DNA of 64,000 bases from Octopus vulgaris (GCA_951406725.2 OX597826.1:3968001-4032000); one strand, 5' to 3'; counted from the first letter of the stretch, positions 41,506 through 54,677 are shown. Numbers and translations: made by a program. Notes: a model not told the origin generated them from the letters alone.

Positions 41506-41712
41506 TTGTGTGTCTGTGTTTATCCCCCCAACATCGCTTGATAACCAATGCAGGTGTGTTTACGTTCCCGTAGCCTAGCAGTTCGGTAAAAGAGACCGAT
41601 AGAATAAGTACTGGACTTGCAAGGAATAAGTCTTGGGGTCGATTTGCTCGGCCAAAGGCGGAGCTCCAGCATGACCGCAGTGAGATGACTGAAACAAGTA
41701 AAAGAGTAAAAG
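41259..41712 (+). mobile_element. SINE family B, full length
   Basis: GGAGTGGCTCTGTGGTAAGTAGC...GGGTTCAGTCCCACTGCG...internal (TA)n(TG)n...GACTGAAACAAGTAAAAGAGTAAAAGAG. Confidence 0.9.
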
Positions 41713-42259
41713 AGGGAGAAAGAGATATACACACACATCCAAATTCACACACACACACCTTCTCTCTCTCTCTCTCTCATACAATACTGTTCACAAAAGG
41801 TAGCACAGAATGCATTAACATCATTATTTTAAAAAACTTGTAACGAAATTAAAAGTTATGTTGCAGCTATATATATGCACACGTGCACACGCACAGAAGT
41901 ACATACATAAATGTGTGTGTTTTTGTGTGTATGTGTGTGTGTGGAGTGCATGTGTGTTTAGGAAAAGAGAAGGAATGAGAAACTGACAAAATGTGACAGA
42001 GATTGTGATCTCCGTAAATAATGTTTTTGAATTTCAATTTCAGATTCAACAATCTTATGAAATAGCAGTTTCCATGGCAATGTCAATCACATATACAGCA
42101 AGACATGTACAATCCCGATTAATAGAGTCAATCCAGTTACTATAGACAACGAAATGTTGACTGTATAGTTGTTTGATTTTGATCAACTAAATTGCAATCA
42201 CCAAATAATTGATTACTTTTCTTTCGGCATATACAAACTCATATTGCCTCCTCTCACAG

Positions 42260-42326
<67 letters not shown>

Positions 42327-42646
42327 CTCTCTATCTCTCTCCATCTCTCTCTCTCTTTCTCTCTTTATTTTTCTCTCTATGACTCCTTCTCTTTTTTTTT
42401 ATTTTTCTACACAGTTTATTCATCTACCTTCACTGTTGTGATATCTTGCTACCAGGCAATATCTTCATTTTAATTACTAGAACATCACTCTCTACTTCTA
42501 ATCCAATTGTTATGGCCGAATATAATGGATCTGAAAGGATCAGCTTCGGCATCAAATACGGCATCAAAACAGCTTCACAATATCCTGCTCTCTTCCCATG
42601 TTTGATGATTCTAAATCACTTGTCAGTTTTCTATTCCATTTGCATT

Positions 42647-42880
<234 letters not shown>

Positions 42881-45347
42881 GCCATCGATCTCTTGACATT
42901 CATCTTCAAAACAAAGTTGGATTCTTAGTTGATTGTAATTAATTTCTTCCGAGCTCATCATTAGAACTTCCTGTCATATTATCCAGGTAAAATAATAACT
43001 GCAATCACATTGAAATTACAAGATTATCTCTTAAAATGATGTCACGTGCGACCATTATTACATTAATCTTATTTTGCTTTTGTTTTGTTTATATTCTTTT
43101 TGGTTTAGTTTTCTTCTTGTATACTTCTTGAAAAATATTGAGACAATTGTCTGTGAAACTACATATAACTGCGTTCTCGTGACACAAAAGATTTCTTTTT
43201 AGTTTCCCTATATTTCAAATTGCTTGTCTGCATGTTCTAGCAAGCTGCTGAATTTTTCTTTAACTTGCTTTAAACGCAAAACATGAGACAGAAATAAGCC
43301 TGTTAGATTTCGTTTGTGTACAACTCTGTGTAAAATTGTTTGTATCAAAATCGATGAATTCAGAATTTTTAGTCAGTGTTTGGGTTAGCGTTAGTCAATT
43401 AAAAAATTAGGACATCGTACAATCTTAACTTTATTACTTTGTTTCTGTTAATTTACATACATAACTTTTAAATGACTCACTCTTCATAACGTGCAAAAAT
43501 ATCACAAATATCACCCGGTCTTATTTTGTCATGTGACTCTTAGTTGCTTTTAGCTGAATACTCTCAGTTGCGTTCAGTCCGAGGGTTAATGTGCTGATTC
43601 CTACTTCGCCCACTCGTGAGTCATATCTTCCTCTACTTTATCCAGCAGTTTTAGGAGCTTTAGAAAAGTCATGGACGTTGCATTTTCCAATATACTACAA
43701 AACCTGAAAAGTTCAGTGTTCAGGTATTTTTCCTTCATATAGAAATAATTTGGAAAAAATTGTGCTCCACATAGGAAGATAGTTTAATTATTGATAGCCC
43801 AGTGATGCAATGGAATATACAACTCAATTTAACACAAAGCCAGAGTATAATAGAGAGAAAAATTGCGTTGTATTCATACTTCCAATAAATTTTCATTTTA
43901 ACTCGCTTTTAAAATGTAATTTGAAGATCAATTTTACGATAGGTGCACTACAGAAGAAACGATATGGTTCTGATGAGCATGATTCGTGACATGGTTCTAT
44001 GAGTGTTCATTAGAATTAAGACACTAATGTGGGGTTTTTTTATAGACATGTTACTCAAAACGTTTAAGGTTCCTTTTTTCTTAAATGAAAATAGTAATTG
44101 TAACTCAGATGTATTTTATGAAGACAGTAAAATATCGATTTTGTTTTAGATATCAACTTGATCATTTAATTATATGTATGATGTCAGTACTGTTTACTTC
44201 TCTTCTATAGTTTTTTAAACATCAAAGTGTGATTAGACGAAATGAGAGCAGACAATGCAAAGGGAAGTCAGCAAATATTGCAGGGCATTTAATGTGGGGA
44301 TTCTTCCTGGCTGTTTTTACCGATAGATTAAAACACACATTGTCTCGCTTCCACACATAAATGAATCTTAGTAAAATATATGAAATCTTATAGAACACAC
44401 ATTTCTGAATGCTTTTACCATATGAGTTCTACCCACAACAATTCTTCAGATTTTTTCGAAATTCCCAATACTCGTTTCAACACAAGATGTTTATCGTTTC
44501 ATACAATTTTTATCCCTATTGTCAGATTCGAAGGATTTTATATGGTGTTTGATGTAGCCATGGAATATACGAGGCTCACCCTGGAATTCTGTGAGTGGTT
44601 ATATAGTATTTGTGTCACACTGAATTTTGTAGGCTTCCTAGAAAACAAACGCATTTCATTTAAGTTAGAAATAATGGAAAATTGCTAAAGGAACACTGAT
44701 GAATTTTTCCGTTGGTACTTACAGTCCTAATGGATCTATTTTGAACCAAGCTTGCAGAGAGTGTGATTATCTTGGCTACGGGCTTCAAAGTATAGGTACA
44801 GGCATGAGCCTCACATCTACTAGAATACTTGGCCACAAGTTAATATGTTATAAATCTCAGTTACTAGAATAACTCAAAAGCTTGTGGGTCCTTGGCTGAT
44901 ATTAAATACATGAAAATGAATGGCTGTAACTGCATTTGAGAATCTATACGGATCTAACACCTATCAAGGATACTATTATATAACAGCTACTTTCCACATT
45001 GGGCGGAAAGAATGGAAATTCTACTTTACTGTCTTGATTTCTCTAGTAATTCCGGCATAAAAATCGCAGATTCTGAAAGAAGGTGCAAATGTAGTATAGT
45101 ATCCATTAACAAAGAACCAAACGTATTGTCTTATTGTTATCAAAACACAGCCCTGTTAAATAACTTACATTCATTAACTGCAAAAATGCAACGAAAGCCT
45201 CCTTAGCACTGTATTGCCCGTGTTGCTAATAACCACTAACATTTACAGACACATAGAACACAACAACTAATGCGGCAGCATATGAGTTATGAACCATTGT
45301 GTACGTGTTAAGATATATATATACTAAAACAATCTTACAAAAAACAT

Positions 45348-45387
45348 TTCAGTACCGCTTTCAGTCATTGAGACTTTTTCAACTGTA
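45348..45387 (-). ncRNA. Second, mutated copy of the U3-A8 minimal hammerhead
   Basis: Minus strand: UACAG-UUGAAAA-AGUC(ucaau)GACU-GAAAG-CG-GUA-CUGAA. The GAAAC>GAAAG change disrupts stem III. Confidence 0.5.
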
Positions 45388-45510
45388 AGTATGGAAAACA
45401 ATTAAATTTTGAAAAAATTAAAAGAAAAAATGTTTACACACTCATATCAAAATAAGCAACATGTTATCAAGTAGTGATGAAGTACGATCGTTTCAAGCAG
45501 ATCCACTTTA

Positions 45511-45581
<71 letters not shown>

Positions 45582-45634
45582 TCAATAAATGGTGGGGTTG
45601 TGTTGACCGCACGTGGGATGATAAGTGCTCAAAT

Positions 45635-45724
45635 AAGAAAATTTTAATAAAATGAGAAATTGATAAAATATATAAATATATATTTATATATTTTATCAAT
45701 TTCTCATTTTATTAAAATTTTCTT
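45635..45724. repeat. Perfect 90-bp AT-rich palindrome between (TA)n runs
   Basis: AAGAAAATTTTAATAAAATGAGAAATTGATAAAATATATAAATAT|ATATTTATATATTTTATCAATTTCTCATTTTATTAAAATTTTCTT. Confidence 0.95.
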
Positions 45725-45749
45725 TCATTTTTTTTTAAATTTTCCTATA

Positions 45750-45803
<54 letters not shown>

Positions 45804-47318
45804 TATATGCATACATATATGTACATACCTACATATATATGTATACATTCATGCATATTTGGGTACAGGAGATAAGAAAAAACCTAGTCTGAATGGGAAA
45901 CGAGAACATAAAGAACAAGAACATAGAAAACGAACTTTTTTTTCGAACAACGAAAAAACAAATAGAGAAAAGAGACATGCAACGTAAAGAAAATTCCCTT
46001 CATAAGTTGTCCCCTGTTTTATCTACTCCGCAAGCGCCTTCAGTAGATTCAGTTTTACTTCCAATGTGTTAATCACGCTGAAGTTATCATGGAAGATACC
46101 CTGGTCACAGTGCTGTAGAGTAAAACTGAACTCATAACTGTTTATAATGCTTCCTTCGTAACCACTCTGTCATGTATTTGCTAGTGTACCCAAAACTAAA
46201 TAAAACGGCTTAAACCGCTTGAATTATTGAAAACGTTAATATACTTGAGTGTCGAATTTCATGCAATTTTAGTTCGAATCCTAGTAAAGTAGGAGGTGGT
46301 AGACAACTTTTATTTTTATGTCTTCTTTGTTGATAATCACCAGTAAATTTTTAATGTCGATTTAATTGGACTCTATATAACTTTTAACATAAGTGGTTTG
46401 CACCTGTAGGAATAAACAAAGACTTGAGAAAGATGGGCAGAAAGTAGAAGGAACAGAGAGACAGGAAGACAAAGAGAGAGGGGGAGAAAGTAATTAAGGA
46501 GAAAATTTATGAGTATTTAAAAAAAAGTCAGCTAAACTAGAAAACAGGAATTAAACAAAGACCGTCTACGAATAAGGAGGGAAAGGAAATAGAGAGGCAA
46601 TGAAACCAAAAAAGCTCAATGGTGAAACAAAAAAATAAGAAAGGAAGAAAGAAGGAAAGAAAGAAGGAAGGAAAGAAGGAAAAAAGACAGTAGTGAAATA
46701 ACGGTTATGACGATGCATTATCTGGAAATTTGATGGTTAGAAGAAAGAAAAAAAGTAAGAAAGAAAGACATGTATGAAGGAACGAAGAAAGAAAGAAGGA
46801 ACGAGATGGAAGCGAACAAGGAAGAAAAGAAAAACTGGAAAAGGAAAGAGCCGTATAGTATGAAAAAGAGTGATCGAAAGAAGAAAAGGGAAAGAAATTT
46901 CGGTAACATCAGAAAGAAAAAAACGCCAAAAGAAGGAGAGAAAGAAAAGAGGGGAGAAGAAGAAGGCATGAAACATGAGAGGTAGAGAGAGAATATAAAA
47001 ATCAGAGAGAAAGAACGAATGTGAGAAGGTAAGAAAGAAAACGAAACAAAAGTACGTAGAATATAAACAAGCACAAAAAATTTTATGAAGGATTTCTCAT
47101 GAAAAGGGAAAGCATGCAAGACAGACTGAAACAACGACAGAAAGAAAAAAAAAGAGATGAAAGAGTGTGAAGTAGCAAACAGATAAACAAATAAACAAAC
47201 CATATGTACATAAGTAAACAAATTTAGAAACCAATACAGATGGATATCAACAGGAACGAAAAAGAAAGACAAAAATATAAGCCAAATAGTGAAATGTATA
47301 AAAACCGTAAAAAAAACA

Positions 47319-47371
<53 letters not shown>

Positions 47372-47813
47372 GTAAAGAAATAAACCAACAGTCATCCATC
47401 ACTTCTCACGTGTGTTGCTTTCATCAAATATTCGGTTCGACTCTTCTAAAATTCTGTAACCACCGTTTGTAAGCAATATATCTCGGATTTCTCTCTTCCT
47501 TCTTACTAATTCCTCACAAATGTCGATTCAAGTCATTCATCGCACTGAAAATGTCTGAGGCAGCGGTGAGGTCACCACAACAGTATTACAAGACGTCAAA
47601 AGTATCTTTGCAAAGAGATATGTGTGTGTGTGTGTGTGAATGTGTTTGTGTGTGTATGTGTGTGTGTGTGTGTGAATGTGTTTGTGTGACTGTGTCTGAA
47701 CGTTTGCGCTCGCGTTTTTGTGAGTCTCAATATATCTATGTGTGCATGTTTCTATATGTGTATATGTCTACATAAATACAAATATATGTATATGCGTATA
47801 TGCACTTATATAC

Positions 47814-47888
<75 letters not shown>

Positions 47889-47921
47889 TGTGTGTGTCTC
47901 TGTGTGAGTATGAGGGTGTAC

Positions 47922-47973
<52 letters not shown>

Positions 47974-48984
47974 TTACTCATTATATATATATGTGTGTGT
48001 GTGTGTGTCTGTGTCTGTGTAAGTATGTATACGTTCGTGTTTGCATGTATATCTGTGTGTTTGTGTTTTTGCAATGAAACCTCATAACGAAGCAAAACTA
48101 TCAATTTCATTAGATTTTTATAATATGCAGGTGATACTGATTCTTAATATTTCTGTTTTAGGTTCATTTTACCTCTTATTTCTTATATTTTGTGATTATA
48201 TGGGGTTAGCACGTTGTTACTTAGAAAATTTTACGTACCAAAAAAAAGTTATGGATATTTTCCATTTTCCAGCGAGGGCTACAGAAAGGCGCCGAAGAGA
48301 CGTACATAATAAGGAATTAATTGAAACTGCTTTGGTTGCTGGTTGCTACTTTTAGCAGGTCGAGGGGCCACTTCGGTTATTTTTTCATTCTTTTGTGACT
48401 CTCTTGTTAGCTCGAACCTCTGAACGATAGTTTCGAATTCTGGCGGGGTTACAAACAGATTTTGAAGTGCAGGATGGAAGGGGGGAAGATTACATCGAGC
48501 CCAGTACTTACTCTGTTACGCTTTTATTCTTTTATTTGTTTCAGTCATTTGACTGCATCCAAGCTGGAGCATCGCCTTTAGTCGAACAAATCAACCTCAG
48601 AACTTATACGTTTTAAGCCTACTACTTACTCTATCGATCACTTTTGCCGAACCGCTAACTTACGGGGAGATCGGTTGTCAAGCGATGATGATGGTGGGGA
48701 GAAATATACACACACACACGCAAACACACACTCATATATGTACGTATATATATATATAGAAATATTAAAATTACTAAGTCTCTCTAAAAGAGAACAGCGG
48801 CAGCGTTCCCGGAAAATAATAGTTATCGCAATACTAATATGGCATTCTTATAAAAATAAGAATAAAGCTGTCCGCTTATTAGCTCAATGAGGCCATCGCC
48901 TTAAGTTAGTTATTTGATACACAAACTGTATCCATATAACCTTCGAACAAGGGAGGTCAGTCGCTCCACACTACTTGACCGGCA

Positions 48985-49026
48985 GCTACAGACGCGTTTC
49001 GGGGTATTGCCCCTTTTCAATGCAGC
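48985..49026 (-). ncRNA. Minimal type-I hammerhead ribozyme (U3-A8 variant), copy 1
   Basis: Reverse complement of the motif at 49458-49499. Confidence 0.8.
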
Positions 49027-49457
49027 GTAGCCAGCCAGTAGGTGTCGCTTCTGACAATCTCTGTTCGATGGTTTTATTTACCTAGTTTCGGTGGAATACA
49101 TCCACTTGTTTTCAATAATAGAAATATTAAAATTACTAAGTCTCTCTAAAAGAGAACAGCGGCAGCGTTCCCGGAAAATAATAGTTATCGCCATACTAAT
49201 ATGGCATTCTTGTAAAAATAAGAATAAAGCTGTCCGCTTATTAGCTCCATGAGGCCATCGCCTTAAGTTAGCTATTTGATACACAAACTGTATCCATATA
49301 ACCTTCGAACAAGGGAGGTCAGTCGCTCCACACTACTTGACCGGCAGCTAATTTTAATATTTCTATTATTGAAAACAAGTGGATGTATTCCACCGAAACT
49401 AGGTAAATAAAACCATCGAACAGAGATTGTCAGAAGCGACACCTACTGGCTGGCTAC

Positions 49458-49499
49458 GCTGCATTGAAAAGGGGCAATACCCCGAAACGCGTCTGTAGC
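49458..49499 (+). ncRNA. Minimal type-I hammerhead ribozyme (U3-A8 variant), copy 2
   Basis: GCUGCA-UUGAAAA-GGGG(caaua)CCCC-GAAAC-GC-GUC^-UGUAGC: 6-bp stem I (one G-U), 4-bp stem II, palindromic ACGCGU stem III. Predicted cut after 49493. Confidence 0.8.
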
Positions 49500-49819
49500 T
49501 GCCGGTCAAGTAGTGTGGAGCGACTGACCTCCCTTGTTCGAAGGTTATATGGATACAGTTTGTGTATCAAATAGCTAACTTAAGGCGATGGCCTCATGGA
49601 GCTAATAAGCGGACAGCTTTATTCTTATTTTTATAAGAATGCCATATTAGTATGGCGATAACTATTATTTTCCGGGTACGCTGCCGCTGTTCTCTTTTAG
49701 AGAGACTTAGTAATTTTAATATTTCTATTATTGAAAACAAGCGGATGTATTCCACCGAAACTAGGTAAATAAAACCATCGAACAGAGATTGTCAGAAGCG
49801 ACACCTACTGGCTGGCTAC

Positions 49820-49861
49820 GCTGCATTGAAAAGGGGCAATACCCCGAAACGCGTCTGTAGC
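49820..49861 (+). ncRNA. Minimal type-I hammerhead ribozyme (U3-A8 variant), copy 3
   Basis: Identical motif 362 nt downstream of copy 2. Confidence 0.8.
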
Positions 49862-50362
49862 TGCCGGTCAAGTAGTGTGGAGCGACTGACCTCCCTTGTT
49901 CGAAGGTTATATGGATACAGTTTGTGTATCAAATAGTTAACTTAAGGCGATGGCCTCATGGAGCTAATAAGCGGACAGCTTTATTCTTATTTTTATAAGA
50001 ATGCCATATTAGTATGGCGATAACTATTATATATATATATATATATATATACATATATATTTCCTTTTTGGATTTGGTTTGCAAGATTCTTTATTTGAGT
50101 TCGTGTGTTGAAGCATATTCTGTTGTATCTATGGGAGAGTCATTTTCGTTGTGCCTTGCAACCTTTTCAATAGTCGTATGTATATATATATGTATATATA
50201 TACGACAGAGTTTCAATTTCCGTCTACCAAATCAACCCACAAGTCTTTGGTCAGCCCGAGGCTATAGTAGAAGACACTTGCCCGAGGTGCCACGCAGTGG
50301 GACTGAACTCAGAACCGTTGCTTGGTAAGCAAGCTACTTACCACACATCCACTCTTGCTCCT

Positions 50363-50676
50363 ATTTTATCGACGGTGAAAGGATTAAACGCAACGTCGTC
50401 CTCGACGGAATTTAAAACCTGAACTTAACGGCAGACGAAATTCCTATTTCTTTACTGCCCACAAGGGGCTAAACACAGAGGAGAAAAACAAAGACAGAAA
50501 AACGGATGAAGTCAATTATGACGACCTCAATGCGTATCTGGTACTTATTTAATCGACCCCGAAAGGATGAAAGGCAAATTCGACCTCGGTGGTATTTGAA
50601 CTCAGAACGTAGCAGCAGACGAAATACTGTTAAGCATTTATCCCGGCGTGCTAACGATTCTGCCAGTTCGCCGCCT
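50363..50676 (-). mobile_element. SINE family A, full unit plus partial unit
   Basis: Same GACGAAAT.C|CTATTTCTTTAC junction at ~50444 as in the 7.0-7.8 kb array. Head TTCTGCCAGTTCGCCGCC at ~50660-50675. Confidence 0.85.
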
Positions 50677-51220
50677 TTACATATTAAAGCTATTAAAATC
50701 CCCGTGTACTTACAGTTCTGCTAATCTGTTCCACTTTGCAGATATAGGTAACAAATCAGTTAATATTACCTTACTTATGTTACCAATTTTCTCAAAGAGT
50801 TTTCATAATTGTCACAGACATTTTGTATCCGTCTTATTCTTTGCATTTCATGTGGTTTTTAAAAATTTTTTCGTGCATATTTACCGATTTCTATCAAATA
50901 CGATTGACACTATGGCAAACGTACATATGTATCAAGCGTTTCAGGGGGAACAAGCTTGTTGGAGCCGCTATAGTTTGTCACTAAATTGGTAAACGACTTC
51001 CGCCAAAAGGAAGTTCTTTCTACTATTCATATTTACGAACCAGAAACAAGATTACATTCTAAATGTTTAAACACTAGCACTTTTTTTATCAGCCAATATA
51101 CATCGCAGGATTAGAGTCGTGAAAACAAACTGACATGAAGGTCACAATGGAGCATTTTATCATATTTAGTCCCAAGAGAGGACTAATTATATAGAATTAA
51201 TACCAAAGTGGTTACTCAAG

Positions 51221-52044
51221 CTAGGATGAAGGATATTGCGGTTTTTGTATTGTCTCCGGGAATAGATTATCAAAAGCCTCATTTGTTTTCGTTATCGTCG
51301 TCGTTGTTGCTGATGCTGTTATCGTACATGTTGAATTCTGGTAGAACTGACCTATATCATCACTTCTGTGATTTGACTTTTTTCTTTTAAGATAAATATC
51401 TGTAGTTCTAACATGTGAAAGACCGAAAGACACAATGGATACCGTCGTTCTAGATAAAGCAGACACTACCAGATACAAATTGCAGCTAAACAGCAATAAA
51501 AAGCGCTGGTATAGCCGTGTCGTTCACAAATACACATGGCAATAAAGTAATACCTGACTGCGTCGCATTCGTGGCACATTGTGCAAATTCTTTAAATCCC
51601 ACTTCTGTGTCAGCTTACACGTTTTGATTAAAAAAACGCAGATAGAAACTCTGCAGAACATAATATGGTAGACATAATATGTCACCCGGTTTAACACCAA
51701 GAACAACAACTGCAACATCAATACCTCGGTATTGAATGCTGTTATGAGTTGACTCTGAGTTTCCATTAAACAGAACGAGTTCTCGACAGTCTGAGAGCAA
51801 TGGCTCTGTTTTATTATATTCTTCAATTAACCGAATCGGAGTTGATGTGCTTCTAGCAAAATCACCACCGCTTCCTTCTATTTCTGAAGAACCTGAAAAA
51901 AATAAAAAATAAAGAAAAGAAACCAAACATCAGAAAATAAATCATTGGAGGATAAGACAAGAAAACAAAAAAAAAGCAATAATCAAATACTCACAGTAAT
52001 AACAAACATTTTACTTGAAAAGATCCACCCCCGGCAACATCATC
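51221..52044 (-). pseudogene. Possible spliced gene or pseudogene fragment with weak Ski/Sno/Dachshund-domain resemblance
   Basis: Minus strand: 50-nt candidate exon 52044-51995, GTGAGT donor, 102-nt intron with a long pyrimidine tract ending TTTCAG, then non-repetitive protein-like frame ...IQYRGIDVAVVVLGVKPGDILCLP...*...GITLLPC with in-frame stops. Confidence 0.3.
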
Positions 52045-52357
52045 CTAAAATCCTTTATAATTTGTTTTTCTCTTACGTTTTTACCATATATTAATTAATG
52101 TAGAAATGCAGATTATGTAGCTAATGCTGAAGATTCATTAAGGAAATCTGACTCTTTTCTGATTATTTCTGTTTAACTTGACGTATCAAACGTGAAATAG
52201 CATTAGATTCCATCATATACTGATTACATAGACATCTTAAGTATCATGTTGTTAACGTTGATATATAACTTAACCTCAGCAAACGAACAGATGTGGAAAA
52301 AATACGCATACATATATACATACTTGCATACACTCACATACATACAAACATACATAC

Positions 52358-52408
<51 letters not shown>

Positions 52409-52514
52409 CATTTATTTATATATACATATATATATACACCCACACATAAGGAAGTACAACTCTTTCTCTCTTACACACACGCATGTATATATATTTATTC
52501 ATATATATATATAT

Positions 52515-52670
52515 ATGATGGGCTTCTTCTGGTTACAGTAAACTAAATCCACTCTCACTTTGGTCGTCCAGGGGCTATAACAGAATACACTTCGCCAAGA
52601 CGCCACGCAGTTGAACTGAACCCGGAACTGTATTGTGAAGGGGTAAACCTCTTACCACACAGTCACGCAA
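52515..52670 (-). mobile_element. SINE family B 5' half (diverged)
   Basis: GATGGGCTTCTT...AAATCCACTCTCAC...GCCACGCAGTTGAACTGAACCCGGAAC...CTTACCACACAGTCACGC. Confidence 0.7.
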
Positions 52671-52909
52671 GTGCTTATTACATGTGTGTGAAAGAGAGAG
52701 AGAGAGAGAATATTTGTGCGCGCGTCCTATGTGCGCGTGTATGTGTGTGAGTGTGTGTGTGTATCTGTGTGGTTCAAAATCCGTGTGTTTCGTTGTTTCA
52801 ATTCTATCTATATGATTATGCATATATATTTTTTTATAGTGTATACTTATACATGTCTGCAGTTTACATCTACAAAGTTGGAATAAAAATACATAATTGT
52901 GTACATATA

Positions 52910-52962
<53 letters not shown>

Positions 52963-54484
52963 GAGTGTGTGTATGTGTGTGTGCGTGTGTGCGTGATTGC
53001 GTGTGTTTGTAGCTTTGCATGCACCCTGAGTCATGTGAACTGCGATACGAGGATAGAAATTAAAACGCAAATGTATGGAAAATAAAATATTTCTCAAAGA
53101 TAAGCTGGTAATTCAAACACTCACGTTATCAAAACTATATACGCGTATGTGCACCTACGTAAACATATACATTCATATTCATACACAAATGCATAAAGAT
53201 ATATATATATATATATATAATACACACACACATATACGCACCTTATGGATATTTTTGATAAGAATTCAGTATGCTATATAAATATCATTACACGTTTGTA
53301 CATACGTCACTTTATAATTAACAACAATTTGTTTTCATCTCGTTTTGCAAGTTCCAGCCTAGTATTGTAAATACCCTATTCATATAAACGTATATACCTC
53401 TCCGTCTACCTCATATCACTCACTGACAGACAGTTATCTGAAGATCCACGTCGTCTTTTACTTATTAATCCTTTAATTTCTGTTTCCAGCGGTATGATGT
53501 TACCCTCCAATAAGTTTAGTTTTTTTTCTTAAAGTAACAATCTTTGAGAAGCGGTTGAGGTTATCGCTAGGAATATATAACAAATTATTTAAAATTTTAT
53601 CATATGGTAATGAGGTTTTTTATTAATACCAAAGCTTGAGTATCCGTCTGCGGTCTATAAAATTAAGTAGCAGATAAAATATTGTGCTTTATTAAATTGA
53701 CTAATCTATTCCTCACAATTACGTCAAATATAGTTATAATTAATGTTATGTCATTTAAACGGTAAACTGGCAGAATCCTTAGAGCTAAAAAAACATCAAT
53801 TTACAGCATTGGTGCCAGTTCTTTATGTTCGGCGTGAAAATTCTGTTGACTTCAACTTATTCTTTCAATCCTCCACGATGGATGGAATAAAGTACCAGTC
53901 ACTTACTGCGTCTATAGAATCGACTACTTCCATTCTTCTGAAACATGTCGACCTTGCTCGAAACTGTTGATTTTAACGAATGTGTAATTTCGGTGGTCTG
54001 ACAGAATCGTAAATGCACCCCACAGAAAAAAATGCAATACAGTTCTTAGTTATAACTCATTAAGTTCTGTGTTCAAATTCTGTGGAGGTAGCTTTTCTAA
54101 TCATCATTCTGGAAGCTGATGAAAATATTATAAAAGCCATTTCTCTTCCTCCAAATTGATTGCATTTTGCTTATATTGGTGATTGTTATTAATATCTATG
54201 AATGGTAGAGTGGGGTGCGCACCAGAAAAAATAAAAAGTCCTTCAGATACTAAGTCCTCAGATCATAAGGTGAAGCCATAATTAGTCGAGGTCTATTTTG
54301 TTATTGATAACTTTGAGGCTAATAAAACAAATATAAAAATCTTCTATCACATGATCAGTTGTTTCAAACAGTAGGTACGCTAACCATATCTAAATCATTT
54401 ACTCAAGATACTCTTCGTCTTCTAAGAAAATTCCAAACTTTATTTGCATAGAGAGTTTCATGTCCCTGCCATATTCTTTTCTCT

Positions 54485-54677
54485 CTCTTTTACTTGTTTC
54501 AGTCATTTGATTGTGTCCATGCTGGACCACCGCCTTTAGTCGGGCAAATCGACCCCGGGACTTATTCTGTGTAAGCCTAGTACTTATTCTATCGGTCTCT
54601 TTTGCTGAACCGCTAAGTTACGGGGACGTAAACACACCAGCGTCGGTTGTCAAGCGATGTTGGGGGTAAAAGTACAG

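Larger units (their letters stand above)
48757..50030. mobile_element. Retrozyme-like non-coding element: 362-bp unit, ~1.6 copies then ~1.9 inverted copies, flanked by (TA)n
   Basis: Unit start TAGAAATATTAAAA at 48757 and 49119. Inversion at 49349-49350. The inverted unit repeats at 49349 and 49711. Copies differ at only a few positions. No ORF; three hammerheads. Confidence 0.85.
48525..50362 (-). mobile_element. SINE family B split by insertions in its internal microsatellite (3' half 48525-48750, 5' half ~50190-50362)
   Basis: TTTCAGTCATTTGACTGC...GCCGAACCGCTAA on the left and CCGTCTACCAAATC...AAGACACTTGCCCGAGGTGCCACGCAGTGGGACTGAAC on the right, both collinear with 10958-11377. Confidence 0.8.

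Noticed and set aside
46420-47395. 225-aa hydrophobic ORF and Lys/Glu-rich ORF
   Set aside because: Purine-rich low-complexity tract; composition artefact.
48757-50030. CRISPR-like or simple satellite reading of the 362-bp array
   Set aside because: There are no unique spacers and the context is eukaryotic. The internal inversion and hammerhead folds fit a retroelement origin better.
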